Assembly (NCBI GenBank): GCA_010405405.1
Contig: MU004231.1
Coordinates: forward strand, 2,619,860-2,683,859
Origin: Microthyrium microscopicum
Lineage: Eukaryota
Length of the DNA stretch: 64,000 bases
Reading direction: 5' to 3'
Shown here: piece after piece, positions 25,621 to 39,000 of the stretch
How the letters are laid out: each line of letters opens with the position of its first letter
Position numbering within the stretch: position 1 is the stretch's first letter
Made by a program: the position numbers and the translations under genes
The notes under the pieces: model-generated
Database searches by the model: none
Seen by the model: only the letters and a program-made list of their open reading frames with translations
Told to the model about the DNA's origin: nothing

Positions 25621-28125
25621 CTACTGATTTAAGTCCCAAGTAAACCAGTCAAACGTACATTCCAGGGGACGTTTGCTACCGACGCTCCACTTATCAAATG
25701 ATTCAAAGACATTGGATTCAAGATGCTGCGCCATGTCTAAAGCTGGGCCGGGTGCAGACATGTTGCTGCCATCTTCACTTGTCACAAAGCTTTGCGGGCC
25801 ATTGAAATCCAACTGCATCGTGTAGTCCAGGTTCGTGAAATAATTCAAGAGGTCAGAGCCTCGGGAGAAGTCGAAATCAAGATTTGAGGTGGCTCCGCCA
25901 TCGCTTTCCATGCCAAATGAAGTTCCTGGCATCGAGGTCATGATAGCTGGCGCTGATCCGCTTCCTGAGTATCCGCCAATATCACAACTTCCTGCTGTTT
26001 CACCCGAGGTATTCCTAATCATTGTGTTGTGGGTGTACAACTCTGCAAGAGAAGCAAAGACATGAGCAACATCCCCCAGCTTCTTTGCAAGACTGAAATC
26101 CGTCGTGGACATTTCATTGTAATAAGAGACTGTTGAACGCAGAAGTTGGACATCCTGGCGTATATGCTCTGATAACGGTGCGTGGATTATGTTACCAAAG
26201 AGAACGAAGAATGGATTGAACGGATAGTAAAGCAGTTGCCTGATCACGTCAACAGCCATCGAACCTGACCAGGACTCATATACATACCAGATGATACCAT
26301 TGTAAACTTGCTCGGAAGTTGAGACTAACAGCGGGAGGATGTGTAGAGCATTCCGCGCAGCGTCCAAACAGGTGTCCGGGTTCATCTCTTCTTGCCTAGT
26401 GAGAAGCACCTTCAAGTGATAGAACTGGAATGTGAGGGAGTTTAGGCCAATTGTCATTTCTTTTAGCTGACTTTCGTCCATTTCTGTGGAGATCTCGCTA
26501 TCCCGGGCAGCCCGAAGTTTCTTGGATAACTAGGTTAGCAAATATCCCAACTTAGTATGATTACTCACAGGCATTGTTGTCTGATACCATTGCTCCAACT
26601 CGCCCTGGAGAGCATCCTTTTCACTTTCATACGAGGCTTGATTCACAGAGCCCTTGAGGTTCAAAAAGTGAAGTATCTTCCCACTCAATATCGAAAGCAA
26701 TATCGATTGAAGAAAATGGGTTGCACCGAAACTTCGAGCTTGGGCATGGCCACGTCCTTCCTGCCGGTCGACGTGTGGGGTGTATTCAGAAAGCCCATCA
26801 AGGTCTGGAAGTAAAACATTCTGATAGTACGAAGATGGCAACATGGGCGGACGGCCAAAGGCAAGACTGACACCTTTATCAACGGCATACAGCGCCCAAA
26901 ACATGAGAATCTTTCGTGGTTCCTGTGTGGGTAGATGCAGATTGAGAGCCTGCGCCATACGACAAGCATGACTGACAAGTGTCCACGACATACTAGGCGT
27001 TGCGAAACTATCGCCGTGAATGGCAAGGGTAAAAAGAGCTTGCATGTTTATCTCACTGGGCTCCATAAACAAGCCCCCATTGTCTATGGCGATCCATGTA
27101 TTCCAGCGAAGACTCTTCTTTGTAGTAGCGTACTCGGGGGTTTGTAGTGCGCTCGCGGTGGCGGTGAGGCAGTAAAATAAGAGCACCCATCCTCGGGGGA
27201 CATTGGATGGCTCAAAGACGATTTTTCTTGCCAGATCATTAGAAGGCATCAGAAACAGGGGTTGGGATCGTTCCAATATATTCATGAATTCTGTGGGCTA
27301 CAGTCAGTAACAACATAGTGTTGGTTTCGAAATATCAGCTTGGCACACCCTTGATGAGTACCTGGCCTTCTTCCTGTTCTGGAATGATGAACAGTTCATT
27401 GGCCTTACGGGCCCATCTGGCGTCCTCTCTCACTTTGTCGCCTTCGAAGTGAACTGCCAATAGTGCTTGTGAAAGGTCTTGGAGACTGGCAGACCCATCC
27501 AAAACCTCTGGTGGTATTCTGGAACTGACCGAGTCCAAGATACGCGAGGCTTGAGGCAAGGGAGAGAAAGCATCTTGTGTTGGAAGTTCCACGGTACTAT
27601 TGGAATGAAAGGTGGATGTGGTAGTATTCGGGGGCTTCGAGCTGGTCAATTGAGGGCATTCTATTATTTATTCGTCGAGTCAAGGTTAAAAGTTACCTGG
27701 TCAAGTTTTGGCTCCAACAGTCGTGTGAGTGTCTGGACTGCATCTGCTAAAGTACCAATCGTGGTCTCGATCCGACCAAGCCGATCCTCCGTGGAGCTGC
27801 TGGTACTGGCTGAAGGAGCAGAGCTGACGCTATTGCAAGCCGATCTAGACGTAGCTTGTTTCTTACGAGAAGTAGCCATATGCGAGTAGACACAGGGTCC
27901 TGGCCATGGTTTGCAGTTTGTACATTTTGGAAGCTCACGCGTACATCGCAGCTTCCGTTGCCTGCAGGAGTCGCACTTTTGCAGGGTCAGTTCAAAGTTG
28001 GGCTCAATGCCAAATCACTAGGCCTGGGTACTACAGTAGAGAGGGTGGGGACGAACTGCGAATTTGGCAACCGCCACATTTTCCGACGCCGTGCCAGATG
28101 GTTCTAGGTATTCGGAGCTGCTCAT
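25621..28125 (-). CDS. Zn(II)2Cys6 transcription factor with fungal-specific TF middle domain
   Basis: CDSCRQRKLRCTRELPKCTNCKPWPGPCVY at ~27887-27978. SWTLVSHACRMAQALNLH and MFWALYAVDKGVSLAFGRP fit Fungal_trans. C-terminus KRPLECTFDWFTWD. Multi-exon. Confidence 0.92.
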
Positions 28126-29529
28126 ATTTGGGAATTTGGGAATTTGGGAACCTTCGCGCGTTCTTCGAAAACAAAATCGAGTTGTGTAAGCTAAGATGTC
28201 ATTATCGAAGGGCATGTACTAGGAACCAGGGAACACTTCAAAGAAGAGAATGGCATAGTTAAATATTGACAGAAGGATCTTGATCGCTAGCATCCTGATC
28301 CGCGCTAATCCTAAAGCGCGCGATATCTTGGAAACACCAAAATCAACATATTTGATCTTAACCCCTTCCATGCTTTCAAGTTCCTTTGCTCGACACCTTG
28401 CGAATCAGTATTAACTCCTTTTTAATCCTCTTTCCTGTATTTAGGAATTACCCCTTTTCAAAGGGTTTAATTAGGTATAAACAGGGTAGTTTTAGTAGTT
28501 ATAGATTAGACAGAATTATCATCCTATTTTTACCGTTTTATTAGTCAAATATAGATAGGAGCACGATAAATCTCTACTCCGTAAAGGCCTAGAAGAACTA
28601 GGCCTAATAATTAGCTAAAGTAAAAAAAAACGAAAAGTAAAAATTAATAACTACGGGAATTAACCTAATAACCTTTAGAATTAGTAGAAATTAAACTTAT
28701 ATTAATACTTAGTTAAAGTACTACTTTCCTATTAAGCTATAATTCTAATTTCTTTAGGGTTAGGGTTATTATATTTTTATATATATACCTATACTATATA
28801 TACTATATTTCTTTTTTCTAGGTTTTTAGCTATACCTTTATAGTATCTAATTTTCTACTAGTAATAAGCTAACTTTATATAGTTTAAAAAGTATAGAGTA
28901 ACTACTATAATAAAAGCTATTATTTATTTTAGCTATATTATAAGTAATTAATATATAAAGTAATAATATATAAATTTTATTTAATATTATTATTAAACTA
29001 GGTAAGTTTAGTAAAACCCTTTATTATTTCTTATTAAGCTAGATAAAATGTTTACTATTTAGCTATCTAAACCTATTATTACTATTAATTAATTATAATT
29101 AAGTTCTTTACGCTATTATTTAAAGTTAAAATTAGTAAAACTTAGTCTATATATATATTTATATAGGAAGAAGTAAGAGTATTAGCATAAGAATTTATAG
29201 CTACTAAATTAGCTAGTAAACTATAATATCTTATAAACTAACTATTATAAGTATAGACCTTTAAAATTAAAGATATTAGCTTTATAACTCTTTTCTAAAA
29301 GTAATAGATAAGTACTAAGAACTTACTATAATATTACTTAAGAATAGATTATAAATTATTAATATAACTATAATAAATAATAACTTAATATATTAGTAGC
29401 GTAAAAGAATATCTAAAGGGTAGATTAAGAAATAGTAGCTATTATAAAACTAGATAACATTAGTAAACGTATTAAGAAAGAATGTTCTTAGAAAATTTAT
29501 AACATTAAACTATAGAAGGCCTTAGCTAC

Positions 29530-29598
29530 TTTATCTATAGTAAATATAGTAAGATATATAAGTATAGAGGAAGCGTATAATATTACTAATATAGATAC
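29530..29598 (+). pseudogene. RIP-decayed C2H2 zinc-finger remnant
   Basis: Reads FIYSKYSKIYKYRGSV*YY*YRY. Reversing TGT>TAT and CAC>TAC gives F-x-C-x2-C-x3-Y-x5-V-x2-H-x3-H spacing. Confidence 0.45.
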
Positions 29599-32500
29599 TA
29601 ATTTTACTATTATTAGAATTATAGAAAGTAGGGATTAAAGGTATATTACTAATAAAGAAGGTTTTATCTATAGCTTAGATTGCTTCTTTAGTAATATCTA
29701 CTATTCTACGCTATAGATATTATACTTTAATAAAAGAAAAATTTAATAGTATTATAGTAGTTTAAAGTTAGTTAAGTAACTATTAATTTATTAGTTAATA
29801 GGCTTATTTTATTACTATAAATATACTTTATAATAAATATTAAATAGTAACTAAATAATTAAGATATTTCTTATTATGCTAGCACTAGTATAGAAGAATT
29901 AAATAAGAGTAAAGGCTATCTTATTATAGGTACGTAAAGAGTATATAATATTTAAAATTATTATTAAAGTAGTATTTTACTAGCAATAAATTAAGAAAGG
30001 AATAATAGAACTAAAGCCTAAAATTGCCTTATAATTCTACTTAATTCTATCCTATTTAGTATTAAAACTTTAGTATATATAACGTTAATAATAACTAAAT
30101 AGCATCTTAGTGCCTACCTTTCTTAGTAATAGTAACTATAATTTTTTTAAAATAAGCCTATTAAGGTAATTACTTAGAATAAGGATAAGATTTTATTACT
30201 TCTATAAGAAGGGTATAAATAATTTAATAGTACTAATAGATATAACTAAGTTTTTAATATAGAAGGTAAGATATTAAACCTTTTTTATAAGCTACTATTA
30301 ATACTAATAATATTATAATATTTATTAGCTTAGCTTAACTTTCTTACCTTATTATTTTTAGGTAGTTATTCTTTTTAGGTATAATTATAAAGTTCTAAAT
30401 AGGAGATAGTAAGCTTTTACCTATTATAGCTTAATATATATAGGCTATTATGTAATACTTATTTAGCTATCTCTGCTCTTCCTCTTTATACGTTATATTA
30501 ATACTATATTCTATAACTTTACTTCTAAAGTCTAATATTTTTAACTTTATCTTTATTATCTATACTTACTAACTCGTTAAAAGCTTTCTAAGCTTTATTA
30601 GCAAAAAAGCTTACTTAGCTCTTAATAATAATTACGTTATTACTAATTAGAAATAATACTAGATACCTTTTACGTTATATTATATATCTATATAACTAAA
30701 CTCTAATACTTAATACTTATTAGTAAGTCCTAAGTATTATATTTATATCTTTTATATAGAGGTTTAATAATTTTAGGTTATATTTACTTACTTTACTTCC
30801 TTTAATAAAGTTCTTACTGCCCTTTATATAAGTTATAAAACTTCTAATAATAATATTTTCTTTTTAGGATTTACTATCTTTAATTTTCTTTGCGTAGTTA
30901 TATATATCTACTAAGATTCTAACTCTTATTTCTATTTTACTAAAGAGAATCTCTATAATTAGTAAAACCTAATTTAGTTACGTATTTATCTTTTTACTAG
31001 TTATCCTTATTAATAGTATCTAAATTATTTCGTTAATAATATATTATAAGGAAATTTCTTATTTATTTACTTTCTATTTAATACTCTTTTTGCTAAATAT
31101 TATACGAACTTAGTTATAAGTTTTAATTAATATTTACTAGTAAGATATAATAAAATACTTACTATTTTTTTTAGCTATACTTATAATAAATTATTAATAG
31201 CTATCTATTCTTTTAATACGATTTAGTCTTTACTACTATTTCTAATTAGCTTAATAGTTTTTAGTTTTATTACCTAGCTTATTTTTAGGTAAGTATATTT
31301 ATTTATATTTATAAGAATACTAGTTATAGAGATAGAATTCTTATTAGTAATAATAAAAATAATAATATATATATAGTATAAATCTTTAACTTATAAGTTA
31401 TCTTATTTATAAAGTCTTATTTATTATATATTCCTTTAAGATCTTAGAAAGTATTTTAATATACTAAGATTTAAGAAATTAAAAATAGTTTTAATTAAAA
31501 TAAATTATATTAAAAAATCTTTATATATTTTTTTTAAGAATTTAAGAGTAAAAAATCTTACTCTAATTTAAAATAAATAAAATATTTATAAATTTAAATT
31601 ACTCTATAGTTATAGAATAGCTATAAATAATATATCTTATTTTTAACTACTACGCGTCTTTTAATAATTCTTCTAAGAAATAATATCTTTATTCTTATTA
31701 TCTTCTTCTTTAATTACTATAGTATTTCTCTTTTTTAAAGGAGTCTTAGGAGACTTAGCTTATATTATACTATTTAAAGACTCTAAACTAGTTATTATAA
31801 TAGTAGTAGAATTAACTAAAAGAGTAAATTTAGCTTCTTTTATATCTCTTTCTTTTACTATAATTAAAGTATAGTCTCTAGATTTCCTTAGCTCTTTATC
31901 TATATCTATATAGGGTAGGCTTCTATTATTAGTAAGGCTTTTAGTAGTACTTTTAATATCTACTTAGAAAGTAGTAGTAGAAAGTAAAGTTACTCTTATT
32001 CTAATAAATAATCTACTAGTAAATAAATTATCTTTAATTAATATATTATTAGTATTTAAATAAATATAAACTTATAAAAGTATAGAATTATAAGTAATAT
32101 ACTAGTTTAATAAGTAGGAGTTATTTTTTTTTTAGTAAGAGTATTACTTTTAACTACTATAGAAGGTTTAGTAAAGTTTAGCTAAGAACTTAAAAGAGTC
32201 TTTTTACTAAAAGACGTTTTTTTAGCTAGTATAGCTTTCTTAAGAGAAAGAAGAGAGTTATCTTTCTTAAGGCTTACTAAGAAGTTAGTAATAAGAATTA
32301 AACCTTTCTATAGACCTTATTTTAAAAAATTTATTTTGCTAGTATTTAAGGCTATAATAACTAAGATTTAAATACTAGGTTTTAGTATTTATACTATAAT
32401 ATCTAGATTAAGAATTCTAATAATAGTACTAGTAAAAGTAAGATTTTACCTAGTATTAAAAGAGCTAAGATCTTACTTTCCTTTATAAACTAATACTAAT

Positions 32501-33038
32501 ATTATTATAAAGAGAGAAATAGTAAAGTATATAAGATAGATATAGAAGAAGTAAGCTTCTTATTTTAGTATCTTTAAATTATTTTTATCTAGAGTAATAG
32601 TAAAATATTATAATATATAAAGAAACTTAGAGCTTCTATTTTATTTATTAGTTTGCTTAAATTCTAGCTTAATACTATAGGTTATATAGTTAATATCTCT
32701 ATACTTAGAAACCTTAGGTATAAAGTTCTTAAACTCTTTAAGTAGGAAGATATAAGAATAATCTTTATCTAAGTAATTCTTATTAATCTATATTAAAGGA
32801 TAGAGTAGTCTATATTAAGGAATATTTAAGTTAGCATTATACTAAATAGAAAAATAATAGTAATAATACCTAACGATATTATCTATATATTCTCTAATTA
32901 TTATAATAAGATTTTTATAACTTCTATAAGTATCTTAATAGTCTTTAGAGTTATTTAGAGCTTAAATTATTATTAGGTTATAAGAATAGATTAGACCTAA
33001 TAATAATAATAGCTAATTTATAATATTAAGAAGATTCT

Positions 33039-36000
33039 TATTAGAAATAAGTTGTTCTAAGTAGGTAAAGACTATAATTATTATAGTTTAAGTAGATATA
33101 TAAAAATAAGGATAAGAGTAATTACTAAGAAGTTACTTAGACTCTTATAATTTCTTTTCTTTATTACCTAGAGCTATAAGAACTCTACTAAGCTATCTAT
33201 ATTTATAATAAGTTATTATTAGTTAACTTAACTAATAATACTTTATTCTATATAGATATATTCTATTAGTAGTTATCTTAAACTAAAGGTTTCCTAGTTC
33301 TTAATATTATTTTTCTTCTTAAAGCTATTTATCCTAAAGAGTATATTTAAAGGTTCTAATAGATATTTCTTATACTTATATATAGCTTTTAATTATACTC
33401 TATTATACTAAGACTTAAGAGAGAATAAAGCTTAACTAAATATATAGAATTAGGTTATTTATACCTTAAGAAGTCTTTTATAGTCTAGTAATATTCTTAT
33501 TCTTTAGCTTTAGTATATTACTTATTTAAGATAAATAGCCTTCTATTTTTTACTTATTCTAAATAGATAGCTTTCTATTTTCTACTAGTCTTAGGCTATA
33601 ATTAACTATATTAACTTAAACTTAAAGGAGTCTAGTTATTAAGGCCTAATATATTAGTAAAATATTTAATAAGTAGTTATTAGCTTTATTAGGGTCTTAA
33701 TTAGTTAATACTAGCTTTATAAGAGCTAAATTAACCTATTTATAAACGTAGCGTAGTACTACTATTTATATTTAATTAGATCTTATTAAAATACTACTAG
33801 ATAGTTATTCTATATATAGTATAAGTTATCTAGTTATTAAAATATATATAGCTTAACTTAATTAGTTATATTATATTAGATATACTAAATTTATATTAGT
33901 TTAGTATAATTAGCTTTATAGTAGATTAAGTAGCTATAACTTATATATAAAACTACTCTATAAGCCTTATATAGCTCTAGACTAAAGGCGTATTTTAACT
34001 TTATTTTATATTAAAAAGGGTTCTTAAAAGGGTACCCTTTATATATATATCTTAATGCTTCTTATATCTAATTAAGGGTTATTTTATATTATTTATAGTA
34101 AGATATTTAAATTTTTACTTAAAAGTTTAGAGACTCTAAAGCTAAGATTATACTTTCTTATTTAGAAAGTTATAATCTCTTTAAGTACTTACTATACTAT
34201 ATATAACTTTTTTTTACTATAGAAAGCTCTTATAGGTCTTTACTAAGTACTATTATATTAATACTTAGCTATTTTAAGAAAATAGAGAGATTTAGGCATA
34301 AAATAATCCTTTTTACTCTAAATTCTTTATCTTTTATCCTTTATACTCTAAATCTTAAAATAAGTAAAAATTCTATAGTTTTATAAATATATATAAAGAT
34401 TACTATTACTAACCTATTTTACGTTATAGGTTCCTCTTTAATAACTATAAATTTTTTCTTCTTAGTTATTAAGCTATTTAGCGCCTCTTTAGGTTTTTTT
34501 AATCTATTTTAGTATACTTTATATTCTTTTAATCTTTAATAACTTATCTTAACTAATCTATATACTTTTAAACTTATCTTTATTTAAAGTAAGTATTAAT
34601 ATAAATAAGTTACTTAAAGATTTTATTAAAAGTTCTTAAGTCCTTACTAAGAGTAACTTTAATTCTAGTAAGACTATAATAACTATTCCTACTAGTAATA
34701 ATATTATTATATTTTATAATAACTAAATCTTAACTACTAATATTATAGACTTTACTAAAGTAGTTTCTAAAAATAAAATAGAGTAAGAATATACTAATAA
34801 GAGTATTATAGTCTTACTTAGCCTATTATAGTACTACTTAACTCTAAATCCTTATTAGTATTATATAGAGGTCTATACTATATATTTCTTTTCTTCTTTA
34901 ATTACTAAACTTTGCTTTAATCTTAACTTAGAGTATTATTATACTTAGTAAGTTAGTTTAGGTAAATACTTTATTAAATATTTTAATATAAAGTTAACTA
35001 AGGATTATTTAGAAGTAATATCCTATTTTAGCTTATTTTATATTACTTTATATTAATATAGGTAGGTTATTTCTTATTAGAATCTTTATAATAAGGCTAA
35101 GCTTATCTTAGTCTATATTATAATTAATAAGGTTATTTATACCTTTAAGAATAGTTTTTAGAATAAATTATTTTATAAGGATAAGTATATACTTTATAGT
35201 AGTATTTAGTATACTTATAAGTATATAGTAACTTTTTATAAGTTATAAGTACTTATTTTAACTAATTCTAGTCTAGTTTTATATATTTAGATACTAATTA
35301 GTTTATAGTTATATATCTAAGTAGCTAGTAGCTAATTTCTTTTTATTATACTTTAGTATTACTAAGAGTAACTTCTATATAACTTACGTACTTATTAACT
35401 ACTATATAGGTACTAAAGCTATCTAAAAGCTAGTAGATAATAGCTTTTTAGAATTAGAGAAGTATATTATAGCTTATCTAGCTCTCTTAGCTACTAATAT
35501 CTAATTCTATTCTTCTAAGTACTTTAAGTACTATAATATATTATATTTCTAGTGTTAGGACTTCTACTATATTATTAGTCCTTAAGGACCTAACTTATCT
35601 TAGGTAAGTCTTTTTATATCTATACTAAGTTACTTTATATTTAACTATCCTATAGTAACTTACTAATATTAAGAATAATCTAGCTAGTATTCTTTTAAAC
35701 TTTTAAGTACTTCTTAAGCACTATAAGGCTTATTTTAGTACTTTTAAGTACTAAGAAGTTAAGGCCTATATTAAAAAGGCTATTAAGGCTTTTTATAAGA
35801 ATAATTATACTAATAAGAACTATTCTAAGGTTAAGGCTATAGGTCTTATTATAAAGAAGCGTAAGATAAGCTAGGTAGCTTCTTTTTAGGTTAAAATAAG
35901 ATTAGATAAGTTATTTTAAGTCTTTTAAAATTTAGTATTATTTATACTTAGCCTTAATTAGCTAAGTAGAGCTATTTCTTATTATATTAAGTTATTTTAT

Positions 36001-39000
36001 ATTTCTTAAGGATAAATTAGTTAGTAGATACTTTTTTAGGACTTCCTAAGAATAAGTTTATTAGTAGATACTTTTATAGAACTATTATATAGTTAATTTA
36101 ACTCTTAGTTAGAAATTACTTATTTTTTTATATATTTTCTAATATATATTTTAACTTTATTTTATATTAAAAAGAGTTCTTAAAAAAATACTCTTTTTAT
36201 ATATATAGAGACTTATTTTATATATTATTTTAAGTTATTTTATATATTTATAACTTAGTAGTTTTTTTATATACTTATTATCTAGTACTATTTTTAAGTT
36301 ACTTTAGGTTAATTTATTATAATATACGTATAAGAGGGTTAATTTAAGTTCTAATTAGTAAGAAAACTATAAAGTAACTATCTCTCTTCTTTAAAAGCTT
36401 ATCTTAAGTCTTTTAAGTCTTCTTTAACCTTCCTAGTTATCTTTTTAGTCTTATAGGATTAAGATCTATTAATCTATTTATAATATTGTTTAGATATATT
36501 ATTTTATATTTAACTACTTTTCTAATTATACTTATTATTAGTATAATACTTTTCTTAGCTAACTTTACGTAATAGTACTTTAAAGTAGTTAAAGAAAAAT
36601 TAACTATAGGCTCTTAGGTTAATTCTAACTCTAAGTAATCTTTCTATTTTATAAGGTAATAGTATTTACCTCTTTTATTTACTATATACTTTATTATTCT
36701 CTTTATATTATATATATTTAAGTCTTCTAAGTTTAAAGAATCTTATAGTAATATAGACTTCTATAAAAAGTAAGGATTTAGCTTATATAGCTCTAATAGG
36801 AAGATATAAAATATATTATAAACTTATATATTTTTTAAGAGGTTAAGCTAGTAAGTATTAATATTTATAACCTTTATAATCTTAAAGAGGCCTATATACT
36901 TAATATTAAGCTTCTTCTTAATATAAGTAGTCTAAATATTCTTTATATTAAGTAGGACTTAGTTACTAATATTTAAATAAATATCTTTCTTTTCTTTATT
37001 ATACTAGTTAGCTTAATATAATTATACTTTAGCTAATTTATTCCTTATTACGTATTATAAAGATAAGATATAGTTTACTATCTCTTTAGTATTAGGTATA
37101 ATACTTTTTAATAGCGTTTTAGCTAATTTAGAGGTATAGAAGTTCCTTTTAGTATATATAATAAAAGAAGTAACCCTAGTTAATAAGTAAATACTATTAT
37201 TATAGTTAAACTTAGCTAAACTAAGCTATCTTGCTTAATTGTCCTATTCTTAATACTTATAAATTTATAAGTAATACTTAATCTCCTAGTTTAAGCGCTT
37301 TATTTAATTATTAATTTATAAGTAGAATATTATTAAGAGCTTTCTAAGGATAGAAAGGTAATAAAGAAATATTTTTTAGTACTTAAAAATAAAGAGAGGT
37401 CCTTAATTAGATATAATAATATAAGGTACGCTATATAGGTATATAATCTTTTATAAAAAGATCTTAGTAAAGTCTTTTACGTCTATATTTTTTCTTATTA
37501 AGATATAGTAAGCTATTTTAGTTAATTTATTAATAACTACTATAATAGAGTTATAGGTTTAACTATTATAAATACTTAAGAGTAAATCTATAATAAAATC
37601 TATAATAATATTCTCTTATAGCGCTTTTAAGACTAGTAAGGCTATTAGTAATCTTTTTTAAGCTTATCTAATAGATTTATTATATTAGTAATTAAGGTAA
37701 GCTTTATAATAGTCCTTAACGTTCTTCTAGATATAGTTCTAAGTATAGTAGCGCTTAATCTTTTTAAGTATTTTCTTTAACTTCTTATAACTACCTTCTA
37801 TAGCGTCGTTATAGAATCTTTATAGGATTTTCTTCTTTTATAACTCTTCTTTAATAAAAATAAGATTTCTACTTATCTATTTAGCTTTATCTAAGTTATT
37901 CTTAGCTAGAGGAGGTTTATTAATAGCTAAAATTTTACTAGAGCTTATTTTTAGATACTTCTAAGTCTTAGTAAGCTTATCTTAATTTTTCTTAAGTTAG
38001 TTTATAGTAAGATATTACGTATTAATATTAATATATATAATAATAAAGTTTATAAGTTTAATAGCGTTAGTTTTAGCTATAAGAACGTTATTAAGCTATA
38101 ACTTATTATAGAGTAGGTTAAGTAATACTTCTATAGTCTTTTTCTATTCTTTTTAGCTTTTTTTAATATAGTTTAGACGTCTTAAGGATCTATTAGCTAG
38201 ATTTATTTTGCCTAGATAGTACTTAATATTAAAATTATATTCTAAAAGTAAATCTACTTATCTTATATATATTAATAATATTTTTAGTATTATTTTAAGT
38301 AATTTAAGGTTTATATAGTCTATTAAGACCTAAAATTAGTCTAGTAAGCCTTATAAGTACTTTCTAAATACTTTTAAGGAATCTATAATTACTAAGAACT
38401 TCTATTATAAAGTCCTATAGTAGCTCTCTAGTAAAGATAATTTCTAAGAATAAAATATAATAAGTTTCTATAGGCTATTCTAGCCTTTATTACGCTATCT
38501 TTAGCTTAATATCTTATAAATTACCTTTCTAGAGGTATTAGTTTCTAACTATATAAGAAGTATAGAGTTAAAATAGGCTAAAATTAGTATATTTATAAAA
38601 GAATTCTTTAGTTTATTAAAAGAATCTAAGGCGTCTAGTAGTAATTTAATATTTATAGATTCTTTTTACTATAGCTTTAAGCCTTTTAGAGCTTAACCTA
38701 ATTCTTTCTAAGTTAAAGTATTTAGTAGTATAGTAATATAGAAGAATCTAATAATAAATTAATAATAATAGTTTATAAAGCTAATAAATTTTTTTACTTA
38801 GTATATATTATATAATTTTAGCTAATTTAGATATATATTAACTTATAACTAATTTATAGTAGTATTATTTAGAGTTATAATATAACTTAGATATTTTATA
38901 CTACTAGTATAAAACTTATACTTAAATAGTTTTATGTATAGATAGTACTTTATAAGTTATTATAAGACTTCTTAGACGTCTTTAATATATTACTTCTTAG

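Noticed and set aside
28754..28767. TTAGGGTTAGGGTT telomere-like motif
   Set aside because: Only about two units inside RIP'd DNA; not a telomere array.
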